NCBI GenBank assembly: GCA_963806225.1 | Contig: CAWDXG010000004.1 | Span: 3,072,001 to 3,136,000, forward strand | Length of the DNA stretch: 64,000 nucleotides | Source of the DNA: an uncultured delta proteobacterium | GTDB taxonomy: Bacteria > Myxococcota_A > Polyangia > Polyangiales > Polyangiaceae | Direction of reading: 5' to 3' | Shown here: piece after piece, positions 42,126 through 53,151 of the stretch | How positions within the stretch are numbered: the stretch's first letter is position 1 | How the letters are laid out: each line of letters opens with the position of its first letter | The notes under the pieces: model-generated | What the model saw: only the letters and a program-made list of their open reading frames with translations | What the model was told of the DNA's origin: nothing | Database searches by the model: none | Program-made: the position numbers and the translations under genes

Positions 42126-44445
42126 GGTGGAACAGCACGGCGGGACCGGCGCGACGGTAGGCCCCGTCGCCAGGCCGGTGGCGTGCGCGAGCTGCGGTTC
42201 GCCGGTGGATCCGCTGCGCGCCGCGCGGGTGGCGATCTTCAACGATCGTTTCCGCTACTTCTGCAGCAGCGAGTGCCGGGACCGCTACGATCCGGTGGCA
42301 ACGCGCACGCCGCTTCCGCGCCCGCGACCGAGGCGCCCCGGCGAAGCGCTGGGTCGCGCGCAGGCCGTAACGGTGCGCGAGGACCCACGGCACGACACGC
42401 TGTCGACCCGGCGCCAGACGGCCGAGGCGCTGGCCGACGTGACGGAGGATCCGGTGGACGCGCTGTCGGAGCCGCTCGATGTCGCGGCGGCCCATGAAGC
42501 GGTGCTCGCCGAGCGCGAGGACCCCGACGCCGAGCCGCTTGGGGCTCCGCCGGTGATCGCGGACGACGTGGTCGCACCGACGGACATCGGCTCGCTGCTG
42601 CTCGCGCTGGCGATGCTCGGCGGCACGCTGGCTGTCGCGCTGGTGCTGGCCGGCAATTCCGGCGTGGCCCAGAGCTCGCGCGTGGTGGTCGTGCTGGTCG
42701 CGTGCGCGGCCCTGGTCGCACAGTACGTGATGGGGGAACGCGATCCCATCGAGCCACATCCGGCTGCGTTGCTGGCAGCGCCCGTGACGGCAGCCGCGGC
42801 GGCGCTGGGCGCGCGCGTGCTCGGCCACGCGCACACCAGCCAGGCGCTCACGCTCGCGGGTGTCGTCATCGCGTGCGTGGCGGCCACCGTCTGGGTGATG
42901 CAGCGGGCGCGGCGCGCCTTCGACGTGGAACGGGAGCACATCGCCGCCGAGCTCGACCAGCCCGGCCATCGTGTGGTCGGCGACGAGGTGGTCGAGGCGC
43001 GCGCCGCCGATCTCAGGCCCGGCGAGGAGATCGTGGTGGAGGCAGGCGAGACGGTCCCGGTCGATGCGACCGTGGCTGCGGGCAATGCCAGCGTCTCGCC
43101 GTGGCTCGGCGCCAAGGCCGTCGAGCAACGCGGCGAGGGCGACCCGATTGTCGCCGGAGCGCGCGTGCTCGAAGGACGGCTCCGCGTCGTGGTGGGCTGG
43201 GCCGGATACGATCGCGCGTGGATGCGGCTGACGAACGATCCGCGGCGCCGCGCGGATCTGCTGGCACCGCTCGCGCGGGTCGGCAGGCTGGCGGCGGAAC
43301 GCGGCGCACCGATGGCAGCCGGTCTGGCGGCGCTGACGGCGTTTGCCGCAAACCAGACGGCCCTCGGCATCGTGATGTTCGCGGTCGCCGCGCAGGCCGC
43401 CCTGGCAAACGCCGGCGTCGCCGGCATCGGCGCGCTGCACGTGGCGCGCAGCGTGCTCCTGTCGCTCCGGCGCGGCGTGGCGTTCCGTTCGGCGGACGCG
43501 CTCGATCGGGCGGGCCGCATCTCCGCCACGGCGTTCTGCGCGCGCGGCACGCTGCTACTCGGCGAGCCCGAGGTGGCGAACATCGAGCCGTTCGGCCCGC
43601 ACGACGCCGAGCGCGTGCTGGCGCTGGTGGCGGGCGCGGAAAGCGGAGCAAACCACGCCGTGGCAAGCGCGGTGCTGCGCGCAGCGCGCGCGCGCGGAGT
43701 GCGCCCCGACGGAGTGCGCAGCCCGGATGTGCAGCACGGCCTGGGCGTAACGGCCGTGGCCTCGAATGGGCAGCCGCTGGTCGTCGGGAGCCGCGCGCTG
43801 ATGCTCAAGGAACGCATCAGCGTGGCGACGGCGGAGTCACGGATCACCGATCTGGAAGCGATGGGGAGGACGGTGCTCCTGGTAGCGCTGGGGGGACGGC
43901 TGATCGGTGTGGTCGGTTTGCAGGACGGACTCCGCCCTGGCGCACGCGCCGCGGTGCAACACCTGCTCGACGTGGGCGTGGAGCCCGTGCTCCTGTCGGG
44001 GGACGCGCGCGAGACCTGCGAGGCGCTCGGACGCGCGCTCGACATCGAACACGTGCGCCCGGAGCTCCTGCCCACCGAACGCGGCGAGGAGATCCGCCGG
44101 CTGGCGGACGGCGGCGCCACGGTGGCCGTCGTCGGACGCAGCCCCGGCGACGACGCCGCGCTGTCGGCTGCGGATGTCGCTATCGCCCTCGGCGCAGCGG
44201 GTTCGAGCGCGGGCGAGTGGAGCGTCCAGCTCGCGTCGGACGACGCGCGGGACGCGGCCTACGCGGTGCGGCTCGCGCATCGCTGTCGCAGCGAGGGAAG
44301 GATGGGCATGACCCTGACGCTCGGCCCCGGCATCGGCGGCGCGTTGGCGGTGGCATTCGGCGTCGCCCCGCCCAGCATCGCACCGATCGCGGCGCTGCTC
44401 GGCACGCTGGCAGCGGTCGGGCGGCTGCGCGCGCGGGCGGAATAG
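42118..44445 (+). CDS. P1B-type ATPase homologue with an N-terminal TRASH/YHS domain and degenerate catalytic motifs
   Basis: CASC..YFCSSEC; LRPGEEIVVEAGETVPVD; GLGV; DGLRPGA; LSGD; DKTGT position reads CARGT. Confidence 0.85.
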   Translation: MHEVEQHGGTGATVGPVARPVACASCGSPVDPLRAARVAIFNDRFRYFCSSECRDRYDPVATRTPLPRPRPRRPGEALGRAQAVTVREDPRHDTLSTRRQTAEALADVTEDPVDALSEPLDVAAAHEAVLAEREDPDAEPLGAPPVIADDVVAPTDIGSLLLALAMLGGTLAVALVLAGNSGVAQSSRVVVVLVACAALVAQYVMGERDPIEPHPAALLAAPVTAAAAALGARVLGHAHTSQALTLAGVVIACVAATVWVMQRARRAFDVEREHIAAELDQPGHRVVGDEVVEARAADLRPGEEIVVEAGETVPVDATVAAGNASVSPWLGAKAVEQRGEGDPIVAGARVLEGRLRVVVGWAGYDRAWMRLTNDPRRRADLLAPLARVGRLAAERGAPMAAGLAALTAFAANQTALGIVMFAVAAQAALANAGVAGIGALHVARSVLLSLRRGVAFRSADALDRAGRISATAFCARGTLLLGEPEVANIEPFGPHDAERVLALVAGAESGANHAVASAVLRAARARGVRPDGVRSPDVQHGLGVTAVASNGQPLVVGSRALMLKERISVATAESRITDLEAMGRTVLLVALGGRLIGVVGLQDGLRPGARAAVQHLLDVGVEPVLLSGDARETCEALGRALDIEHVRPELLPTERGEEIRRLADGGATVAVVGRSPGDDAALSAADVAIALGAAGSSAGEWSVQLASDDARDAAYAVRLAHRCRSEGRMGMTLTLGPGIGGALAVAFGVAPPSIAPIAALLGTLAAVGRLRARAE

Positions 44446-44558
44446 CGCGTGCGCGTCGATTGGCGCCGCGGAGCTGGCTCGCCGGCCAGAGTCCCGCTAC
44501 GGCGCGGGCCGGCGCGGTGTCGCTTGACCTCCGGCTCGCCGGGCGCGATAGAAATAGA

Positions 44559-45077
44559 GTGAAGAGCGGGGAACAGCGCGCTGCCGCGGTCGGAGATTCG
44601 CCGAAGGCACCCGACGTGGAGCGGCTGCGCCGCGAGCTGGACACCTACATGTCCAAGCACAACCTCCGCTCCACCGAGCAGCGGCGTCTCATCATCGACA
44701 TGTTCTTCGATGCCGCCGAGCACGTGACGATCGACCAGCTTCTGGAGCGGGTCCGTTCCTCCGACCCGCGCATCGGCTACGCGACCGTGTACCGCACGAT
44801 GAAGATGCTCAGCGACGGCGGAATTGCACACGAGCGCCGCTTCGGCGACGGGTTCACGCGCTACGAGCTCGCCGACGACGAAGCGCATCACGACCACCTC
44901 ATCTGCATCGAGTGCGGGCGCATCACCGAGTTCGAGGAGCCGCTCATCGAGGAGCTGCAGGAGCGAGTGGCGGCCCGGTACGACTTCCAGGTCGAAAGCC
45001 ACAAGCACGAGCTCTACGGCGTGTGCCGGGATTGCCAGAAGAAGGCGAACCAGAAGAAGAAGCGGACCCACAACTGA
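44559..45077 (+). CDS. Fur-family transcriptional regulator
   Basis: LRSTEQRRLI, GYATVYRT, HHDHLICIECG, YGVCRDC. Confidence 0.93.
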   Translation: MKSGEQRAAAVGDSPKAPDVERLRRELDTYMSKHNLRSTEQRRLIIDMFFDAAEHVTIDQLLERVRSSDPRIGYATVYRTMKMLSDGGIAHERRFGDGFTRYELADDEAHHDHLICIECGRITEFEEPLIEELQERVAARYDFQVESHKHELYGVCRDCQKKANQKKKRTHN

Positions 45078-45155
45078 CCGCGGTCACGCCATCGGGTTGC
45101 CGATGCACCGCCGGCGGCGTATGCCTTCGAGGCTGCAACAGCGAGGGAGGCATCT

Positions 45156-48084
45156 GTGACACGACGCACACGCTATTTCTGGGGCATGTCCGCGCTGCTC
45201 TGCGCCCTGGGCAGCGCCGCGGCATGCGGGTCCGGAAAGTCGAACGGGGGCGGCGGGGGGACGGGCACGCCCTCGTCCGCGGGCCCCTACGGCAACCGTA
45301 CGCAGGTCACTTCGAGCGCACACCTCGACAAGCTCGGCGCGCAGGTCGACGTGGTCCGCGACCAGTGGGGCATGGTGCACATCTTCGGCAAGACTCTGAC
45401 CGACACGATGCGCGCGCAGGGCTACATGGAAGCGCACGATCGCGCCGGGGAGATCGAGTTGTTCCGGCGCGTGGGCGAAGGGCGGCTGGCGGAGCTGTTC
45501 GGCAATCTGGACGCAGTCGATCGTCGATCAGGACATCGCCTACCGCGTGCTGGGCTTCACCCAGACCGCGCAGAAGTTCTACGCTGCCCTGCCGGCCGGT
45601 TCCCAGGAAAAGCTCGTCCTCGACGCTTTCGCCGACGGCGTCGACCAGTACTTCGCCAAGCTCAGGAACGGGACCGAGAAGCTGCCAGCAGCGCTACTCG
45701 CCTGGAAGGGCGACATGTTCACGCCTTTCACCCCGGTGGACGTAATCTGCATCGCTCTTCTCGAAGGAGACGACCAGGGGTTCACCGCCGATCAGGACGT
45801 GGCGACGACCCAGCTGGTCGACGACATCCGCAGCGTCTTCAACACCTCCTCGAGCGATCCCGCGGTCGTGGCACGCGCCGGGTTCATCCAGGACATGTTG
45901 CGCTTCGCGCCGGCCGATCCGACCACGCCGATGAAGGGCTTCCCGGACGACCCCATGAGCAGCGCGCTCCGGATTCCGGCCCCCGGCACGCCCAGGGCGC
46001 TGCCCCGGAGCCTCGCGAAAAAGCCGGCCAAGCCGAAGAACCCCGTCATCTCGCGGAAGGCGCTCGACGCCACCAACGGTTTCCAGGCAGCGCTGATGCG
46101 CGTACGGAAGCTGATGGGCGTCCTCGGCGGCCGCGCTTCCAACAACTGGGTGGTCGGGCCGTCGAAGACCGCCAGCGGTCACGTGCTGGTTTCAAACGAC
46201 CCGCACATGACGCTGAACTCGCCGTCCATCATGTGGCCGGTGCACGTATCGGCCGAGGACAACGGCCAGGGCAAGCCCTACGACGTGGCAGGCGTCGAGG
46301 TACCGGGACTACCGGCCGTGGTCATCGGCTTCAACAAGAACGTCGGCTGGGGGCTCACCAACGCCTACTACGACCAGTCCGACGCCTACCAGGAGACGAT
46401 CGCCCAGGACGGCAAGGGCGTGATGTTCAAGGGGCAGGAAGTCGCGTTCCAGACCCGGAAAGAGACCGTCAAGATCCACGGCTCGCCGGACTACACGTTC
46501 GACGTGCAGGTCGTGCCGCATCACGGCCCGATCATGCCGGACATCGTGAATCACAAGGTGCAGCCCACGGCGGCCGGCGGGAACGCCATCAGCATGCGCT
46601 GGGCAACGCTCGAGGGAGGCAAGTTCCTCAACGCACTGCTCGGACTGAACCAGGCCGAAAGCGTGGACGAGGCGCGCAGGGCGCTGCTCGACTGGGACCT
46701 CGCCTTCTTCAACATGGTGATCGGCGACTCGAGCGGCAACATCTACTACAGCACGCAGTCGCTGGTACCGGTGCGCGACAAGCGCGCCTTCACCTGGGAT
46801 CCGACCACCTTCACCGGCACGCTGCCCAACATGGTCGAACCGGGCGACGGCACGGCGGAATGGACCGGGTATCTGGACGAGCGCTACGTGCCGCACGAGA
46901 AGAATCCCGCCGCGGGCTACATCGCGACCGCCAACGGCGACCAGATCGGCGCCACGCTCGACAACGACCCGTCGAACGCGACGCTGCCGGACGGCACCCC
47001 GATGATCCTGAGCGCCGACTACGCCATCGGTTTCCGCGTCGGCCGCATCTACAAGCGGCTCGCCAGCGCCGGCAACAAGATGACGCTCGACACCATGGCG
47101 AACATCCAGGCGGACGTGAAATCGCCGCTCGGCTCGCGCCTGGTGCCACGCCTCCTCACCGCGCTCCAGCACGCCGAGGAAGAGAAGACCACGCCGGGCT
47201 CGCATCCGGACCTGACCGCGGACGTGAAGAGCGCGGGCTACGCGGCCGCAGACATCCCCGACATCATCAACACATTGACGAAGTGGGGAGCGGACTCCGA
47301 CTACGACGAGGAGTCCGGCATGAACCCGGATGACAACAGCCTGGCGACCGACGCCAAGGAGGCGAACGCGGCCAAGGCGGACCTGATCTTCAACGACTGG
47401 TTCGTGCGCGAGCTGAACTACGTATTCGGCGACGAGGACCAGCTCCTGAAGAAGGCACCCGACCGCGACCACCAGATCAAGGCCTACCTCCGGATGGTGA
47501 CCGCTACGCCGACGGACCTGGCGACGTACGACGCCAGCACAGGCCAGAGCGCCCTGTGGGACGACATGAACACGCCCAACGTGGTCGAGACGCCCGACGA
47601 GCGCATGCTGATCGCGATGATCACCGCGACGGCGGATGTGCAGAAGGCACTCGGCAGCGACCGGAACGGGTGGCGCTGGGGCAAGCTGCACACCATCACC
47701 CTGCCGCCGTGGCTTCCGCTGTGGCAGGTCGCCATTCCGTCCGCCAACGACCCGCACTTCCCGAAGGGTTTCCCGCGGCACGGCGGGCTGTACACGGTGG
47801 ACGTGGCCAACTACCCCGCCCTCCGCGATCTGACCCAGAAGCTCTTGTTCACCTACGCGTTCGGTCCCGCCACGCGCTTCGTGGTCGAGCTGGACCCCGC
47901 TGGTCCCAAGGCGCGCCAGGCCATCCCGGGTGGCGCGAGCGCGGATCCGAGCAGTCCGCACTACGCCGACGACATGGAGCACTGGCGCCGCAACGAGAAC
48001 CACCCGATCCCGTTCAGCAAGGACGACGTGGCTACCGACAGCGCGGAGAAGGACAACGGCGAGCACATCCTGCTGACGCCCTGA
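45156..48084 (+). CDS. Penicillin/AHL acylase family (S45 Ntn hydrolase) lipoprotein (one +1 frameshift near 45525)
   Basis: Lipobox AAAC; RDQWGMVHI, AQGY; beta-chain start SNNWVV, NDPHM, HHGP, TANG, WRWGKLH, SPHYAD. Confidence 0.9.
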
Positions 48085-48091
48085 GGACGAT

Positions 48092-48727
48092 CTACGAGGC
48101 GAGCACGCCGCTCACGTCGATCACGCGCGCGTCCGTCACCACAACGTCGCACGCGACGTCGTGCGGTGTGCTCGGCACCTCGGCGAGCAGCTGGAAATCG
48201 AAGGCGACCACGACCGAGCGCGCAGGCGGGCACACGTCGGGCAGCGTCGCGTCGTAGTAGCCCGCGCCGTATCCGATGCGATGACCGTCCTCGGCCGCTG
48301 CGAGCGCGGGAACGACGACCAGATCGAGATCTCCGCGTCGGGCTGCAGGCGCATCGGGCGGCGGCTCGCTGAAGCCGCGCCCGCGCTCCTCGAGCAGCGA
48401 CGCATCGTCGACGCGACGGAAGCCGGTGCGGTAGCCGCCGTCCGAATTGTCCATGAACGGGTAGTAGACGGCCTTGCCCGCCTGGCGCAGAGCGGCATCG
48501 AGCGCCCTGAGGTCGACCTCGTGTTGGGCCTGCATGGGCCAGAACAGCGCCACGCTCCCGGCCATCGACAGCAGCGACAAGGCCTCCAGCCGCTCGACAA
48601 TCCGCGCGCTCCTTTCGCCGAGAGCCCGTGCGGAAATGGCGAGTCGCACGCCGCGCATGCGGGTACGGAGCTGTTTCTTGGCCCGCGCGCGGAGATCCGC
48701 GAGCGCTTCGGGGTCGATGTCCGGCAC
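48092..48727 (-). CDS. 5-formyltetrahydrofolate cyclo-ligase
   Basis: KKQLR, EVDL, DLVVVPALA, RIGYGAGYYD, HDVACDVVVT. Confidence 0.92.
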   Translation of the reverse strand: MPDIDPEALADLRARAKKQLRTRMRGVRLAISARALGERSARIVERLEALSLLSMAGSVALFWPMQAQHEVDLRALDAALRQAGKAVYYPFMDNSDGGYRTGFRRVDDASLLEERGRGFSEPPPDAPAARRGDLDLVVVPALAAAEDGHRIGYGAGYYDATLPDVCPPARSVVVAFDFQLLAEVPSTPHDVACDVVVTDARVIDVSGVLAS

Positions 48728-48882
48728 TACTGCGGGTTCTACCACCCCACAGAGCGGGCGGTCCGGCCCGCCGGAACACACCTTGTCCGGGCGGGGCACT
48801 GCCGCTAGGCTTCGCGGCCACCCATGCGCATGCGGAGCGTCCACCCGAGGCGCTGCCAGAAGTCGCGACGAGGAACGACCGG

Positions 48883-49578
48883 ATGAAGACGGTCGCCATC
48901 GTGCCGGCGTACCAGGCCGGGGCCAGCGTAGCCCGCGTGGTCACCGGTCTGCTCAAGCTGTGGCCGGACCAGCCAGGCAAGGCCGCCGTCATCGTGGTCG
49001 ATGATGGCTCGACCGACGACACGGCCGAGCAGGCGCGCGCTGCCGGCGCACATGTTGTCCGTCATAGCGAGAACCGCGGCAAGGGCGCCGCGCTGCGTAC
49101 CGCTCTCATGGAGGCGCTCGAGCTCGGCGCGGAGATGGCGGTGAGCGTGGACGCCGATGCCCAGCACCCGCCCGAGGAAGCGCTGCGCCTCGCGCTGGAC
49201 CCTGCGCCCCCCGACGCGCTCGTGCTGGGCGTGCGCAACCTCGGGCGGGACGGTGCGCCGCGAGCCAACCGCATCTCCAACGGCATCTCCAACTTCTTCC
49301 TGTCGCTGTTCTCGCGGCGACCGCTGGCCGACACGCAGTGCGGGCTGCGCCGCTATCCGGTGCGCGCATCACTGGCCCTGGACGCACGGGCGGACGGCTA
49401 CGCCTACGAGGCGGAAATCGTGCTCAGAGCTGCCCGCGCAGGATGGAAGATCGCACAGGTGCCGGTGCGGGTGCTGTATCCGGACGAGCGCATCTCGCAC
49501 TTCCACGTGGTCCGGGATCCGGCCCGCATCGTGGCTCGCGTGGTGGCCACCCTGGTGAGCGCTCCGGGCCCACGATGA
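48883..49578 (+). CDS. Family 2 glycosyltransferase
   Basis: IVPAYQ, VVDDGSTD, NRGKGAAL, DADAQH, DTQCGLRRYP. Confidence 0.92.
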   Translation: MKTVAIVPAYQAGASVARVVTGLLKLWPDQPGKAAVIVVDDGSTDDTAEQARAAGAHVVRHSENRGKGAALRTALMEALELGAEMAVSVDADAQHPPEEALRLALDPAPPDALVLGVRNLGRDGAPRANRISNGISNFFLSLFSRRPLADTQCGLRRYPVRASLALDARADGYAYEAEIVLRAARAGWKIAQVPVRVLYPDERISHFHVVRDPARIVARVVATLVSAPGPR

Positions 49579-51026
49579 AGGGATTTTTCGGCCGCCACAA
49601 GAAGAAGCTGATCGCGCTGGCCCTGCTCGTCGCAATCCCGCTCGTGGCGCATGTCGCGATCGGGCACGCCGCGCGGCTCACGCCTCCCGCGATCACGCTG
49701 CCGCACGAGAAAGTCACCCATCCCCGCCCCGGGCTGCGCGTGATGGGGCGGGACTACGCCAGACGGCGCGGCAGCATCTTCGAAGTGCGGCTCGTCGGGA
49801 CCCCGACCGAAATCGGCTACTCGCACTCCACCCTGCTCTATCCCGAGATGGTCGAGAACGAGGGTATCGTGTGGAACCTGTTCCGCGACTACGTCCCCAG
49901 CAGCGTCGCACGCACGCTGCTCCTGGACCTGGCGCAGTTCCGCTACCGCCACCTCGACGAGGACATGAGCCTGGCACGCAAGCGCGAGATCGCGGCGCGC
50001 GCGGCCGGCTTCTCGCCCGATCCCTACAAGCAGTACTTCGATACCTACCAGCGCTTCGTGTACCTGGATGCGCTGTACGACATCTCGCTCTCGTTCGAAC
50101 ATTCACCGCTCATCGGCTGCACCACCTTCGCGCTCACCGGCAAGGCCGTGGCGGGCGGCGGTACGCTCCTGGCACGCAACTTCGACTTCGAAGCCGACGA
50201 CATCTTCGACACGAAGAAGGTGGTCTTCCTCGTCGAACAGAACGGCAAGATCCCCTTCGCATCGGTGGCCTGGCCGGGGCTGATCGGCGTTCTGAGCGGC
50301 ATGAACGAAAAGGGGTTGGCGGTGGTGGTGCACGGCGGGCGCGCCGGCCAGCCCCGCACGCACGGCGAGCCGGTGGCGCACGCGCTGAGGCGCGTACTGC
50401 AGACGGCGACGACCACCGACGAGGCCATCGCCGCGCTGGCCCAGCACGAACCGATGGTGAGCCACATCGTGATCGTGGCCGACGCCCAGGGGCACACCGC
50501 CAGAGTGGAGCGCGTTCCGGGGCGACCCCAGTACGTTCGGCGCCTGGGCGAGAAGGCGACCGTAACGAATCACTTCGAAGGGCCGTCGGCCTCGGATCCG
50601 AAGAACATCGCGGTCCGGAAGAAGACCTCGACGCTGCCCCGGCGGCGGCGCGGCGACGAGCTGCTCGCAAAGCTCGATCACCCGGCCACCGTGGCGGACG
50701 CCGTCGCGCTGCTCCGCGATCGCCGCGGCGTCGGCGGAAAGAAGCTCCCGCTCGGCGACCGGCGCGCTATCAACGCCCTCATCGCCACCCACGGCGTGGT
50801 GATGGACACCACGCATCGCACGCTATGGGTGAGCGAAGCTCCGCATCTGCTCGGCCGCTTCATCGAGTTCGATCTGCGGCGGTTGCTCGATCCGCATTTC
50901 AATCCGCTGACGGACGAGCCGCCGCTCACGGCCATCCCTGCCGACCCGCTGCTCCAGAGCGGCGCCTACGCCCGCTGGCGCAAGCAGCACCCCAAGCGCC
51001 ACGAGCTCCCCGCGACCGCCCGCTAG
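49575..51026 (+). CDS. C45-family autoproteolytic acyltransferase/hydrolase
   Basis: ATGA overlap with the GT2 gene; G|CTTF nucleophile, LLARNFDF, SGMNEKGL, TNHF. Confidence 0.85.
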   Translation: MKGFFGRHKKKLIALALLVAIPLVAHVAIGHAARLTPPAITLPHEKVTHPRPGLRVMGRDYARRRGSIFEVRLVGTPTEIGYSHSTLLYPEMVENEGIVWNLFRDYVPSSVARTLLLDLAQFRYRHLDEDMSLARKREIAARAAGFSPDPYKQYFDTYQRFVYLDALYDISLSFEHSPLIGCTTFALTGKAVAGGGTLLARNFDFEADDIFDTKKVVFLVEQNGKIPFASVAWPGLIGVLSGMNEKGLAVVVHGGRAGQPRTHGEPVAHALRRVLQTATTTDEAIAALAQHEPMVSHIVIVADAQGHTARVERVPGRPQYVRRLGEKATVTNHFEGPSASDPKNIAVRKKTSTLPRRRRGDELLAKLDHPATVADAVALLRDRRGVGGKKLPLGDRRAINALIATHGVVMDTTHRTLWVSEAPHLLGRFIEFDLRRLLDPHFNPLTDEPPLTAIPADPLLQSGAYARWRKQHPKRHELPATAR

Positions 51027-52189
51027 TGCCCGCCGAGGCCGAACCAGGCGCCGCCACAAGCCAGGGCGAAGGCGACGGGCGCGACGGCCAGGGCGAACAC
51101 CACGGCGATCGGCGCGGTCACGGACAGCATCGCCAGAACGGCCGCGATCGCGAGCCCGGCGCCCATAGCCGGCTCCAGCACGCTGGTCGCCGCGCTGGCC
51201 CGCGCCACCAGATAGCCGGCGATGGGAAAGGCCGACAGGATTGCCGACCCGATCAGCACGAGTGGGCCGCTCGAGCGCACGTCGGCCTCGTCGGCCATCG
51301 CGAAGTCGATGCCGATGCGGTGCCCGGCGAAGACCGCCAGCGCGATCATCGCGATCATGACGCCCATCGTCACCAGCGTGCCGATGGCGATCCAGTGCAG
51401 CATCAGCGGCCGGTCGCTGCGCTCGAGCGACCGGCGCATGGCGCGCAGCGACGGCGGCTCCGGCAGCGTCGCCAGCACGCGCCCCGAGAGCGGACCCGAG
51501 AAGGGACCGGACGAATCGGGACGCGGAGCCACGTCGCGCAGCGCGATCCACGCGAACATGCCCATCGCGCCGAGCATCGGCAACGCCACTACCAGGAAAC
51601 CCGGTCCGCGCCCGAATACGATGTGATCGTACAGTCCGTGGAGCAGCATCGCCGACAGCCAGGCGACGGAGAACCAGCGCCCGCGGCTCTGCCGGCCGCT
51701 GCCGAGCGCGTAGCCCCACATCCCGGCGAAGAACAGATGCGCGGGTGCGCCCAGCGCCTCGCGGGCCAGAGCCAACGCACTCCCGGGTCCGGCCCACATC
51801 GCCCACACCGCCTCGGCACACGCGAAGCCGGCGGCGGCGGTCGCTGCGTAGGCCAGGCCAAGCCTGGGACCGCTGATGTGCCGCGTGCGATACATCGGCC
51901 ACACCACGAGCACCTTCAGCGCTTCCTCGAGCGGCGCGGCGAGCAGGAACGTCGCCATCAGCGCGCCGGCCTCCCCGACGCGAGCGGCCTCGAACCCGAG
52001 GTCCGTCCAACCGAGCACCAACCGTTCGACGTACATGGCGAAGGCTCCCGCCGCCACGCCGCCGATCGCCACGTACACCGCAAGCCGCACCGGCACGTGG
52101 CGGCGACGGCTGATCCGGCGCCACAGCCACGCCACGATCAGGAGCGGCAGCGCTCCGACAGCGACGCTCGAGAGGACCCGCAGCAGCAT
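51023..52189 (-). CDS. PrsW-family intramembrane metalloprotease with a C-terminal TM extension
   Basis: PLEEALK, GFACAE, AH, LLHGLYD. Confidence 0.85.
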   Translation of the reverse strand: MLLRVLSSVAVGALPLLIVAWLWRRISRRRHVPVRLAVYVAIGGVAAGAFAMYVERLVLGWTDLGFEAARVGEAGALMATFLLAAPLEEALKVLVVWPMYRTRHISGPRLGLAYAATAAAGFACAEAVWAMWAGPGSALALAREALGAPAHLFFAGMWGYALGSGRQSRGRWFSVAWLSAMLLHGLYDHIVFGRGPGFLVVALPMLGAMGMFAWIALRDVAPRPDSSGPFSGPLSGRVLATLPEPPSLRAMRRSLERSDRPLMLHWIAIGTLVTMGVMIAMIALAVFAGHRIGIDFAMADEADVRSSGPLVLIGSAILSAFPIAGYLVARASAATSVLEPAMGAGLAIAAVLAMLSVTAPIAVVFALAVAPVAFALACGGAWFGLGGH

Positions 52190-52291
52190 CAGTGTTCCGC
52201 TACATGAAGGAGCACGACGTGGCTACGGACCAGGAACCGGGCTCGCCGGTCGCGGTCCACTGACGTGCTTCGTCCAGCCGGGAGGCAACCA

Positions 52292-53095
52292 CTAGAAATG
52301 CAGTCCGATCACGCCGGTCAGGCTGACCGCAGCGCCGATGCTGGAGCCGTCGGCCTTGTATACGTCGGCGGCCGCCTGCGAGGTGGTGCTCGATTTGAGC
52401 TTGGCAGGGTCCACGCCGGGGCGCGTGAGGCCGAGCATCTCCCCGGTCAGGTTCGCGCCCACCGAGAACATCGGCGTGATGTAGAAATCGAGGCCGGCAC
52501 CGGCGCGGATATTGTAGCCGGTGATGCTCACGCCCGCGCTGTTCAAGTCACTGCCGAGATTGCCCGCGCTGAACGACCCGAGCGAGGCGTAGCCGCCGGC
52601 CAGGGTGAAGTAGGGCTCCAGGTTACCGAGGGGAATGTGCAGCCCGACCTCGCCGTCGAGCGTCCACAGCTGCCAGTCGCTGAAGTTGCCCATGCGGAAG
52701 CGAGCACCCAGCGTCAGGAACACCAACCGGAAGCCCAGCCCGCCGCCGTACATCAGGCCGGTCTGCGTCGACTTGACGACGTTCGCGTCGACGAGGTTGT
52801 TCGCCTTGAACGTCTGCAGGCCGAGGTGCTCCATGCCGATCTCGCCGTTCAGATAGAAGAACTCGAGCCCGCGCCCCGAGTCCTCCTTCTCGGACTTGTT
52901 GAGCTCCTGCTCGGTCTGCACTTCGGACGAGTTCTGGTTTTCCTGCGTGGTGGACGGCGGCGCGAGACCTCCCGCACTCATCCCACCGTTTCCGTCGGCA
53001 GGCGGCGGCGTCGTCTGCCCGTAGCCCTGCGCCAGGACGACCCCCGGAGCCATTGCTGTCACCCCCAGCGCGACCAGACCGGCAAGGATCTTCAT
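52292..53095 (-). CDS. Probable outer-membrane beta-barrel protein
   Basis: Signal peptide VLA|Q; amphipathic strands; C-terminal IGLHF. Confidence 0.7.
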   Translation of the reverse strand: MKILAGLVALGVTAMAPGVVLAQGYGQTTPPPADGNGGMSAGGLAPPSTTQENQNSSEVQTEQELNKSEKEDSGRGLEFFYLNGEIGMEHLGLQTFKANNLVDANVVKSTQTGLMYGGGLGFRLVFLTLGARFRMGNFSDWQLWTLDGEVGLHIPLGNLEPYFTLAGGYASLGSFSAGNLGSDLNSAGVSITGYNIRAGAGLDFYITPMFSVGANLTGEMLGLTRPGVDPAKLKSSTTSQAAADVYKADGSSIGAAVSLTGVIGLHF

Positions 53096-53151
53096 GGAGC
53101 CGATCGTAGCAGGCCGGCCCGGCGGCGCCCAAATGGGCGGAATTCATGCAA

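Noticed and set aside
48728..48882. 6S RNA upstream of the 5-FTHF cyclo-ligase gene
   Set aside because: The gap is only about 155 bp, must hold divergent promoters, and shows no recognisable long rod with a central bubble.
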